Source of the DNA: Promethearchaeota archaeon
Lineage (GTDB): Archaea > Asgardarchaeota > Lokiarchaeia > Sigyniarchaeales > SOKP01
Direction: 5' to 3'
NCBI GenBank assembly: GCA_016840085.1
Contig: JAEOTA010000031.1
Span: 1-30,580, forward strand
Length of the DNA: 30,580 bases
Of this stretch, positions 7,911-16,891 are shown piece by piece. Numbering within the stretch: position 1 is the first letter of the stretch; each line of letters begins with the position of its first letter. The notes beneath the pieces are model-generated. The model was given only the letters and a program-made list of their open reading frames with translations. It searched no databases and had not been told where the DNA came from. The position numbers were made by a program, and so were the translations under genes.

Positions 7911-8798
7911 TCATTCTGCAAGTTTTTCTTTTATTTGAAGAACTAATTTCTCAGCTTCTTCAGAATCAGTTATGAATTCAATTTCTTTTGGTGATGATAT
8001 TCCTAAACCTAGTTCTATTGCTCTTTTAATCTGTGCTTGATCAAAAATTGAACCGTTAGTAACTTCTGGAGTTGTCCCAAGTATTCTTAACACTGCAACT
8101 CCGACGGCATCAATAGCTATCTTATCTGTACCCGCAACAAAGACATTTGCTTCTTTTCGGGTGCCTTCCATTGGCCCACCATCTATAAAACTAATGACGC
8201 CATCTATGACAACTAAATCAGGTTTATATACGGCATTAATTTCTGCAATCATTTCCCTTTGATTTTTAGAAGAGTGCAACTCAGACATATATTCTTTGCG
8301 TACTAAAGCAACGGCATTCTTTAGTGATAAAGTAAAGTGTCCACCATACATATGAGTCTTCAAACAACAAGTTTCAATAATGCATTCTGCATCATCATAA
8401 ATTTTCGCAAAAAGAAATCCATCTTTCCAATGACTATCTTCTGGTTTTTTAAAAATATATTCTTCTTTAGACACAGTAGTTAAATCGACTATCCCAAAAT
8501 CTAATTCCTCTGCTAATGAATACAATCCTTTTTTCTTAAAGGTTTTAGCTGTGTTAGCTGGGCCACTTCGCTCGGCAACAGTAATAGTTTTAGCACCCAT
8601 TTCTTTTAACTTGATGATAAGTTGCCTTACAGTTTCCATTGAGCTTGAGGCAGGAGGAGGATCAGCAGTATTAAAATTTGGCTTTAGTATAACATTTTTA
8701 CCTTTAACAAGATTGATCCCCAATAACTCTAATGACTTATTAACGCCATAAACACGATCCCTTGTAGAAATAACTGCTATTTTAGTCATATTATACAC
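7911..8798 (-). CDS. DUF362 family protein
   Basis: VILKPN, AERSG, CLKTH...TLSLKN, VIDG...GGP, D.IAID motifs. Confidence 0.85.
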   Translation of the reverse strand: MYNMTKIAVISTRDRVYGVNKSLELLGINLVKGKNVILKPNFNTADPPPASSSMETVRQLIIKLKEMGAKTITVAERSGPANTAKTFKKKGLYSLAEELDFGIVDLTTVSKEEYIFKKPEDSHWKDGFLFAKIYDDAECIIETCCLKTHMYGGHFTLSLKNAVALVRKEYMSELHSSKNQREMIAEINAVYKPDLVVIDGVISFIDGGPMEGTRKEANVFVAGTDKIAIDAVGVAVLRILGTTPEVTNGSIFDQAQIKRAIELGLGISSPKEIEFITDSEEAEKLVLQIKEKLAE

Positions 8799-8893
8799 TA
8801 TATAAAGTAAATTGTAATTAATAATTAAAATTCATTTGTTTAAAAAATAAGTATGCTGTTTAAAATTTCCAATTGTAAGAATGAAAAAATTTT

Positions 8894-9106
8894 CTAATCT
8901 ATTCTTTTATTTAAAGTAATTGTATAACCCTCATTTTTCAATATTAGTAGAATTCCTTCTTTCCTAAATTTCTTTATTAAAGGTTTAATTTCAGAAGAAG
9001 GGATACTAAAATTATCAGCCATTACTTCTATCATAAACTTAGGAAACTTTTTATAGGTTATATGAAGAAATTGGAGCATCTCAAGAAATATTTCAGAATA
9101 ATCCAT
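8894..9106 (-). CDS. Small winged-helix-like protein
   Basis: Helix-turn-helix followed by a beta-hairpin pattern (IKKFRKEGIL...EGYTITLN). GGAG RBS. Confidence 0.55.
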   Translation of the reverse strand: MDYSEIFLEMLQFLHITYKKFPKFMIEVMADNFSIPSSEIKPLIKKFRKEGILLILKNEGYTITLNKRID

Positions 9107-9341
9107 TCTATTACTTTCAACTCCTAACTTTATAAATTAATAGTGAGAGTATTCTCCTTTTAAAATTATATTAAGAAAATATTGTGAGTTGGAATATAGA
9201 TGATATGTCAAAATTAATATGTCAAACAATGGACTATGATGTAAATTTAATCAATAGTATAGAATCAATCGATAATAAAATTTAAGTTAAATCAAGAAAA
9301 CTAATTATCAAAAAAGAAATTTCTGAAAAAGTGAAAAAATT

Positions 9342-11318
9342 ATGCCAAGAGTAACAGATCCATTAAAAATTAGAAATATGGAAATCAAGAACAGACTAGG
9401 ATTTCCCCCTATGATGTCAGGTTCGATCTCAAATGGTATCCCCGGAGAAAAATTCTATAATGTTTATGAACCGATTGCGAAGGGAGGCGTTGGGCTAATT
9501 ACAGTAGAAGCTAGTTCAACAGATCCAATGAATAATCCAATCCAACCATGCCTAGGATTAGATAAAAATATTCCCGCGTTTAAGGAATTCACCGATAGAA
9601 TTCATACATATGGTACAAAGATCGGCATTCAGTTTGCCCATGGAGGTATACTTACTCTGATGATGGTTGCTATAATGAGAATGAACATGCCTGTATGGGC
9701 ACCTTCTAGTGTGGATCCTGTGGTCGCCAGTGATGCTTATGACCTAATAAATCCTAATTGGCGCAAGGATTTAGAAAAAACAGGATTTAAAGAAATCCAT
9801 GCAATGACAGTTGAAGAGATGGATGGAGTTGGAAACAGGTTTGCAGCTGCTGCTAAAAGAGCAATAGATGCAGGGTTTGATTACGTTGAAATCCATTCTG
9901 CACATGGTACATTATATCATGATTTTCTATCACCATATTATAATCAAAGAACAGATGAGTACGGTGGTTCATGGGAAAATAAAACTCGTTTCCTTAGAGA
10001 AACTGTTGCTAAAATGAGAGAGAAAATTGGAGATAAACCAATTGTTACACGGATCTCTGCCGAAGAACTTCTAGATGATGGTCTAAAGGTAGAAGATCAA
10101 CAAAAAGTTGCTGTACTTTATGAAAAGGCAGGAGTTGATTGTATTGACGTTAGCCAAGGAATACAGGTAAGAACTCCTATGGGAATAAACATCCCAACAT
10201 ATATTCCACATGGTGGCTTTATTCATTATCCGGAGGCTATTAAAAAAGTTGTTAACATTCCTGTAATAGGTGTTGGAAGTATTATTGACGTTAAAATGGC
10301 TGATGAATTTATCCAGCAAGGAAAAGCAGATATAATCTATATGGGAAGACAATTGATAACTGATCCAGAGACCCCTAATAAATATTTTAATGGTCAAACC
10401 GATGATATTAAATACTGTATAGGATGCCAGATTGGATGCGGTTCTGTGTGCGTTCTGAATCCTTTTGAAAGACATAATTATCAAGAACTTGTTCCAACTG
10501 AAAAATCTAAGAAAATTATTATTATAGGGGCAGGGATTGCAGGCATGGAAGCCGCAAGAGTGGCAAAAATTCGAGGACATGATGTTGAATTATTTGAAAA
10601 ATCAGATAAAGTAGGTGGCTTGATGCATGTGGTGGCAGCAGAATACAAAAAAGAACAATTTATGAACATAGTTAATTATCAGAAAACTCAACTAAAAAAA
10701 TTAAATGTTCCTATTCATCTTAACAGAGAATTGACTAATCAAGAAATTATGGACCTAGATTGTGATGTTCTAGTATTTGCTGTAGGAACTGAAGCTACGA
10801 TTCCCGTAAAATTTAAAGATAACCCAAGTGTTTTAACCCAAGATGAAGCAATTATGAAGACAAAATCAATAGGTAAAAATGTGGTTATATGGGGGCTTGA
10901 TACCTACTGGAAGGGAGGTGCTGAAACTACAATAACTTTACGAGAACAAGGTTATAATATTAAAGCAATAGCCGGAAGTGAGAAATTACTTGCAGGAATA
11001 ATTACACAAGCTAGACTTACTGGCAGAGTCACTTGGATCCATCGTTATTTCAAAGAAAATAAAATACCAATGTTTACAAACGCAAAACTCATTGATTTTA
11101 GTGATAATAAAGTTATAATACATGACTCTGATGATAAAGAACATATAATTGAGGCTGATACACTGGTTCATTGCGGTGCTCGAACTACGCCCAAAAAAAC
11201 CCTAGAAAAAGAGTTTGAGAATGTGCGATTTAAAATCAATTTTATTGGGGATTGCAAAAGACCGAGAGACATTCAAGCAGCAATAAGAGATGCCCAAACT
11301 TTAGCACGAAGTCTCTAA
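9342..11318 (+). CDS. NADH:flavin oxidoreductase (OYE/FMN TIM barrel + Fe-S + FAD domain; FadH/BaiCD-like)
   Basis: KNRL..PPM, AKGGVGLI, AGFDYVEIHSAHG, NQRTDEYGGS, GRQLITDP, CIGCQIGC, IIGAGIAGMEAA, IGDC..PR. Confidence 0.93.
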   Translation: MPRVTDPLKIRNMEIKNRLGFPPMMSGSISNGIPGEKFYNVYEPIAKGGVGLITVEASSTDPMNNPIQPCLGLDKNIPAFKEFTDRIHTYGTKIGIQFAHGGILTLMMVAIMRMNMPVWAPSSVDPVVASDAYDLINPNWRKDLEKTGFKEIHAMTVEEMDGVGNRFAAAAKRAIDAGFDYVEIHSAHGTLYHDFLSPYYNQRTDEYGGSWENKTRFLRETVAKMREKIGDKPIVTRISAEELLDDGLKVEDQQKVAVLYEKAGVDCIDVSQGIQVRTPMGINIPTYIPHGGFIHYPEAIKKVVNIPVIGVGSIIDVKMADEFIQQGKADIIYMGRQLITDPETPNKYFNGQTDDIKYCIGCQIGCGSVCVLNPFERHNYQELVPTEKSKKIIIIGAGIAGMEAARVAKIRGHDVELFEKSDKVGGLMHVVAAEYKKEQFMNIVNYQKTQLKKLNVPIHLNRELTNQEIMDLDCDVLVFAVGTEATIPVKFKDNPSVLTQDEAIMKTKSIGKNVVIWGLDTYWKGGAETTITLREQGYNIKAIAGSEKLLAGIITQARLTGRVTWIHRYFKENKIPMFTNAKLIDFSDNKVIIHDSDDKEHIIEADTLVHCGARTTPKKTLEKEFENVRFKINFIGDCKRPRDIQAAIRDAQTLARSL

Positions 11319-11470
11319 TTCTTTATATAATTACCTATAGTAAAATTTATTATCTATTTTTTTCCTCATTATTGATTCTTGTTTAGGTTGGGTAAATACA
11401 AGTAAGTTTAAATATAAGGTAATCTCAATTTTACCTATATTATCCGATATTAGATGAAAATAAAGCATAA

Positions 11471-11989
11471 ATGAAAAATAAAAATCTATTTTTTGTGTCT
11501 ATAGTTTTATTAATTAGTTTTTCAATTTTTTTATCATATGGTCACGCAGCTACTAAAAAAACAGTCTATGCTACTCAAGATTCTTATGTAAGTAGTTTTG
11601 ATAGAGAAGCTAATTATGGAGGGCAAACTTTTTTATATTGTGGTATATGGAGCTTTTATGAATATGAGGTTTATATGTATTTTGACTTTGGTTCAATAAA
11701 ATCGGGATGGAACAAAGTAGATCTTTATCTTGATTTTTTTCTTGTCTCGCAAATCATACATTTAGATATTCTTAGAATAACAGGTAGTTGGAGCGAATTT
11801 TCAATTACGTGGAATAATAAACCTTCCCATGGAATGCAATTATTATCATTTCTAATTGATGATAATGGGCTTTACTATATCGATGTTAGTTCACATGTCT
11901 CTGGAACTGTGTTTTCTATATGTATCTGTACATCATATGATCAATATGCTTGGATATCATCTAGAGAAGTATATTATGCTTCGATATAA
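11471..11989 (+). pseudogene. Secreted DNRLRE-type domain protein, apparently C-terminally truncated
   Basis: Signal peptide, ATQDSYV...NYG, YMYFDF, WSEFSITWNNKP and ISSRE. It stops at a TAA inside a 30-bp tandem duplication and lacks the final PxL strand and anchor seen in the 15022-16056 paralog. Confidence 0.65.
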
Positions 11990-11999
11990 TCTAGAGAAG
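11945..11999 (+). repeat. Imperfect tandem duplication, period 30 bp
   Basis: TATGCTTGGATATCATCTAGAGAAG (11945-11969) versus TATGCTTCGATATAATCTAGAGAAG (11975-11999). Confidence 0.8.
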
Positions 12000-12232
12000 A
12001 TTCTTTGGAAAATTATCAGATTATTAAGAATTATTGTCTATTCCTTTGGAGATTACATAAAAACAATAAAATATCCTCCAGATCAGTTTATTTAAACATT
12101 TTGATATTGAACAAAGCTACTTACTCTTACAATTCATTTAAATTTAAATGCCATATAATATATATTTTAGAAAATAAGATTTAGAACAAAAATATCTTTT
12201 CTATAATTATTATCGAATCAAATTGTTTATAT

Positions 12233-14785
12233 ATGTCACAAAGTAATCCGAGTTTATACTCTCTTGCAAAATATACGTATAAGGAACTTTTATTAGAAGA
12301 ATATCTTCAATCTAAAGGAATCTTTGAGTCAAAATTCATAGAAAGATACAAAAACAAACAGAGATCAATAAAAATTAAATTTATTATTATTAAGTTATTC
12401 TATTCAATAATTTTTGTAATATTACCTATACTTCCCGTCCTAACTTATTTGGAAATCGTGGAATACCTCTTAGAGGTTGAGCTTTTTGTTCAAAATTTAA
12501 TTTTTACCGGAAGTTTATTTTTTGGATTATATTTTGTTTTACAGCTTTTCAATTTCTTTCTTATGGGTTTATTGGAATCTGGGATGCTAATGTTTGGGAC
12601 TATTTTTAATTGGTTTGAAACACTTCCCATATCAAGAGACAAGTTACCTAAATTAGCTTATCTAACAATGTTCCGAACCATTGATATTCCGTTAATAGTG
12701 ATAATTCTAGGATTTCCGATTATTATGTTGATTGGAACAATGAATATTTTAATTTTTGTAGTATGTCTTGGAATCTCAATCTTAAATACTATTTTGTCCT
12801 TTAATCTTCTAATCCTATTTGGAGAAAAACTAAGTCGTGTCTTAAGTTTCCATCAATCCAATTCAAGGAGGTCTCTTTTGATAAGAATGGTTACTATAAT
12901 TGGTTATTTAGTTATAATTCTCGGTTCTGTTTATGCTATCCAGTGGGCATTAAGTTCTCTTGATGTACTATTTAGTTTAGTGGTAACATATGAATATGCT
13001 TCACTTACTAATCTAATTTTGAGTCTCATACCATATCCACTATCTCCAAGTTATTTAATATCATTTATTATTGATCCCTCCGGAGTGCCTATAAGACTTT
13101 GGATTAATGTATTTTTAGGTTTAGGCTTATTGATACTCCTAACTTTATGGACATACTCGAAGGCAAAACAAACTCTTAATAGAATTACTTTTACAGAGCA
13201 TAAAAATCTTGATATAAGTTCTCTAAAAGAATCTAAAGTAAAAGTGAAAAAACGTTCGCAGATGAGTGCCTTTCTTCTTAAAGATCTTTCCATAGCTACA
13301 CATGATCTTAAAGTTTTTATGTCTATAATAATGCCAATTATTATTTCCTGTATTTCTTCATTCTCATTTAATATCTATATTACAAGTGGACCAATAGTTT
13401 TAGAAAGAGATCTTTTATTCAATTGGATCGGATTAATGATTTTTATGCCGATAATTTCTAATATGTTTGTATATGCAATAATGGACATAGATATTTCAGG
13501 AGAAACCATTCTTGCATCACTTCCTGTTGATCGACGTTCTCAAGCCAAGGCAAAACTAATTTTATTAATGACTATTCAAACGTTGGCAGTAATTATACCT
13601 TGCTTAATATATATCAGAAATCCTAAATTTTTAATCTTTCTTTATTCCTCATTTTTTTCCTTACCACTAATTTTGTTAATTTTATTTCTAACATTTGAAT
13701 TAAGAATTCATTATTTTGGACGTAAAAAATTACCTAATAGGAAACATAAATATCTAATTAATGAACTCAATCCTCAAAACAAGATAGTTAAATGGGCATT
13801 TATTGTTAGTTTTCAATATATTATATCGTTTATTTTAATATCAGTTGCACTTGCTTTCTTTTTTCACCAAAGATTTCATATTTTCTTACGGATTTACGTT
13901 TTAGCAATCATTATAGGGTTTATATGCCTAATTATCATTTTTAACAAAATGTTCCCTATTCCTTCAGAATCTAAAAAAAGAGATATTAAAACAAGGAATA
14001 GAGAAGAAATACCAATTACTAAACCAAAACTTATTCTTAAAGGAAATTCTACAATTTTCACAGATTATTCAGGGATTTCAATAATAATTTCTTTAATATT
14101 ATTTTTCCTTACAACGATTTGGTCAGATAGGATATTATTTCTTTTTATTCCAAGATATCCAAATAATTCCTATGATATTATAAGCATACCTGCACTTTTT
14201 TTCTATAATTTGTCCTTTATAGGACTAATATTTTTTATTATTCCTAAAATTCTCGGCATACCAAATGGAAAAATGCCACTCAAAGAATATGCAAAAAATA
14301 TTAAAGCAGGATGGGTTCAATCTTTTTCAAAATATTTTATGTGGGGAATTATTGGAGTATTAACTTTATATGTGTTTACATTTTTGTTTGTTTTAATTTC
14401 CACTTCAATCGTGTATTTACCGTTTAATTTTGATTATATACTTTTTGGATGGGTCATAATAGTTTGCCAGATATTTTGGAATGAACTATTTTTTAGAGGA
14501 ATTATATTAACTATACTTCAAAGGGATAGAAAAAAATATTTAGTTATTCTTTTAAATGCATTAATATCTTTAATATTTGCTGTGATGCTTTTATTCCTAT
14601 TTCCTCTTTATGATAATTTTAAATTTTCTGATATCATAGTATATTCGACATATGTTTTTGGAATATCGATGTTTTTAGCATATTTAAGTATAAAAACAAA
14701 TAATATTCTCCCGAGTATTTTAGCGCAAATCATTCTAAATACAATAGGTATGCCAATAACATCTTTATTTTGGATGTTTAAGTAA
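12233..14785 (+). CDS. Polytopic membrane protein: ABC-exporter-permease-like N-terminal region fused to a degenerate CPBP (Abi/CAAX protease) domain
   Basis: About 20 hydrophobic segments. Internal two-fold permease-like pattern (TLPISR / SLPVDR, FLLKDL...HD). C-terminal WNELFFRGII and KTNNILPSILAQIILN. Confidence 0.7.
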   Translation: MSQSNPSLYSLAKYTYKELLLEEYLQSKGIFESKFIERYKNKQRSIKIKFIIIKLFYSIIFVILPILPVLTYLEIVEYLLEVELFVQNLIFTGSLFFGLYFVLQLFNFFLMGLLESGMLMFGTIFNWFETLPISRDKLPKLAYLTMFRTIDIPLIVIILGFPIIMLIGTMNILIFVVCLGISILNTILSFNLLILFGEKLSRVLSFHQSNSRRSLLIRMVTIIGYLVIILGSVYAIQWALSSLDVLFSLVVTYEYASLTNLILSLIPYPLSPSYLISFIIDPSGVPIRLWINVFLGLGLLILLTLWTYSKAKQTLNRITFTEHKNLDISSLKESKVKVKKRSQMSAFLLKDLSIATHDLKVFMSIIMPIIISCISSFSFNIYITSGPIVLERDLLFNWIGLMIFMPIISNMFVYAIMDIDISGETILASLPVDRRSQAKAKLILLMTIQTLAVIIPCLIYIRNPKFLIFLYSSFFSLPLILLILFLTFELRIHYFGRKKLPNRKHKYLINELNPQNKIVKWAFIVSFQYIISFILISVALAFFFHQRFHIFLRIYVLAIIIGFICLIIIFNKMFPIPSESKKRDIKTRNREEIPITKPKLILKGNSTIFTDYSGISIIISLILFFLTTIWSDRILFLFIPRYPNNSYDIISIPALFFYNLSFIGLIFFIIPKILGIPNGKMPLKEYAKNIKAGWVQSFSKYFMWGIIGVLTLYVFTFLFVLISTSIVYLPFNFDYILFGWVIIVCQIFWNELFFRGIILTILQRDRKKYLVILLNALISLIFAVMLLFLFPLYDNFKFSDIIVYSTYVFGISMFLAYLSIKTNNILPSILAQIILNTIGMPITSLFWMFK

Positions 14786-15021
14786 TAAAATCAATATTCG
14801 AGAAAGAACCATTTTTATTGCTTTTTTGATTTTGTCAACCTCTTTAAATTTAAAATTAAATTAATTTTATAATAACACTTTAGTTTTATTCTGACTTATA
14901 TTCCTAAAATTGGACTTCTTTAGATATTCGTACTAATCATAATTTAAACAGAAACTTTTAAAAATCTTTAATATTAAACTATTAAAATGTACATATTAAC
15001 CTAGAATTTATCCTACATAGT

Positions 15022-16056
15022 ATGAGAAGAAAAAATATTCTATTCTTTTTATTTATCATAAATTTATTAATAGCTTGTTCTGTTTTAGCAACAAAAGGAA
15101 GTGCAAATGATTACAACACTCAAGTAATCTATTCATCAAAAGATTCTTATGTATATAATAAATATCCAGATAAAAATTATGGTGATTTGCTAGATATGGA
15201 ATGTGGTAACTTTGAGGCTGATTGTATATGCGATCCTCCACTTCAAAGACGGAATTTTGTTTATATTTATTTTGATTTAAACGCCGTAACACAAGGCTGG
15301 GAAAAAGTTTACCTCTCATTAAATATTCGAAATATCCCTAAGCCGTTTGAGTTAGATTTGGGAATCGTAAATGAACAATGGGATGAACATCAAATTACTT
15401 GGAATAATCAGCCCTCAAATATTGCTTGGGAAGTGAAATCGTTAGATTTAACTACTAATAAAACGTATTTATTTGATATTTCAGAGTTAATCTCAAGTCC
15501 AACATTAGAATTCAACATTATTTTATATGACCAACATATCGAAGAAAAAATAAATGTTTTAATAAATTCTAAAGAAAATGTTAATCATAATTTTCGACCC
15601 CAATTAATATTCTTTTCACAGCAATCACCCGAAATTGAAATCACCCACCCTTACTTATCATCGACTTGGGAAGTTGATAAAACTTACAATATAGAATGGA
15701 ATTCAAGAGGAGATGTCTTCACAGTTTATATTGAATTATATAAAGATAATAATTTGAAATATCAATTCGGACCTATCCCTAATATTGGATCTTATCCATG
15801 GTTTGTTCCAAAAAATTGTGAAAATGGAACTGGTTGGAGTATTAAGATTTATGATGCTAATAACTCCAGTATTTTTGATTGGAGCCCTGAATTTGAGATT
15901 TATAATAATGGTTCTGATGGTAAAGGAAATAATCAATTTTCTATTCCCAGCTATTCTGTTGGTTTTATTATTCTGATTTTTGGTTGCCTTATTGGATTAG
16001 TTTATAAAGGAATGAATAAAAGCTTTAAATTTAAACAAGATAAATTGAATAAATAA
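15022..16056 (+). CDS. Surface protein: signal peptide, DNRLRE-type domain, Ig-like (Kre9/GPI-anchored-like) domain and Loki-CTERM-like tail
   Basis: KDSYV...PDKNYG, WDEHQITWNNQP, SKE...RPQL; IEITHP...W...YNIEW...IELYK...GSYPW...S..FEI; IPSY + TM + basic tail. Confidence 0.8.
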   Translation: MRRKNILFFLFIINLLIACSVLATKGSANDYNTQVIYSSKDSYVYNKYPDKNYGDLLDMECGNFEADCICDPPLQRRNFVYIYFDLNAVTQGWEKVYLSLNIRNIPKPFELDLGIVNEQWDEHQITWNNQPSNIAWEVKSLDLTTNKTYLFDISELISSPTLEFNIILYDQHIEEKINVLINSKENVNHNFRPQLIFFSQQSPEIEITHPYLSSTWEVDKTYNIEWNSRGDVFTVYIELYKDNNLKYQFGPIPNIGSYPWFVPKNCENGTGWSIKIYDANNSSIFDWSPEFEIYNNGSDGKGNNQFSIPSYSVGFIILIFGCLIGLVYKGMNKSFKFKQDKLNK

Positions 16057-16246
16057 TAAGGTAAGAATTTAGAATATAAGAAATGAAAAGAAATAATCTT
16101 AAAATTCATTTAGGTTTTTAATATCTATTCTTAATTCCTCTCTTTTTGTCGTTTTGGTTGATTTTAAACCCAACATGTTTATTCTAAGTTGGATAGTGAT
16201 CACACTCAATTTTCACAATAAAGAACTCAAGAAGAGATTATTCTAG

Positions 16247-16310
16247 AAAAACTTCAAAATCATTCCAAAGGGTTTTATAATATCATTTTCATGCCTTATC
16301 ATTAAGTTAA
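16247..16310 (+). promoter_or_regulatory. Duplicated promoter of the Ubl pseudogene
   Basis: AAAACTTCAA..TTCCAAAGGGTTTTATAATATC.TTTTCA.GCC...ATTAAGTTAAAA matches about 1690-1754. Confidence 0.6.
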
Positions 16311-16344
16311 AATAAATTTTAAAATTTAAAAAAAAGTGATATGA

Positions 16345-16676
16345 ATGAGTTTTGATGAAGATTTTGATGAAAGTTTAGAATTAGAACCAATAAATTCTAA
16401 AACTCCTGCAACTAAAACTCCTTCAGCAAGGAAGTAGTTAACCCTCTATTTCATATCCACTATTGGATCCGATGAAAAGAAGGAAAAATTAACAATAAAT
16501 GATGGTAATCACGTAAGTGATGTTAAACAGACTTTAGGCAATTGTTTGGACTTAACCCAAATGATTTTCATCTTTCATCTGGTGGAGTCGCCATGGATAA
16601 AAATAGCCAAATAAAGGATTATAGTGTAAGAAATGGCGATAATATACTTCTAATTCCCGCAAGCACTGTGGGATAA
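16345..16676 (+). pseudogene. Pseudogenised paralog of the UFM1-like Ubl gene
   Basis: MSFDEDFDESLELEPINSKTPATKTPSARK*LTLYFISTIGSDEKKEKLTINDGNHVSDVKQTLGN/FGLNPNDFHLSSGGVAMDKNSQIKDYSVRNGDNILLIPASTVG*. In-frame TAG at 16435-16437 and a 1-nt deletion near 16543. Confidence 0.93.
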
Positions 16677-16891
16677 ACTTCTCTATAAATATTTTTTATT
16701 ATCTTTTTTTATTTCTTTTATTTTTTTATTTCTTTAGGTAATTCTTTGTTATTGGATTTATTACATTAATATGTGGCTGGTTTAATTGGACTTGTTTTCG
16801 TTGTTTAAAGTTACGTGGTAAAAATAGAATTAAAGACAAAGTTTTCTTATAATATATTAACGAAAACTAAATTCAACAATGTGTTAAATTT

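Noticed and set aside
11856-12095. 79-aa ORF as a frameshifted continuation of the DNRLRE gene
   Set aside because: The translation shows no PxL strand, Ig domain or anchor resembling the paralog.
16435-16437. TAG as pyrrolysine or readthrough in the Ubl copy
   Set aside because: A downstream frameshift also breaks the gene, so simple decay is more parsimonious.
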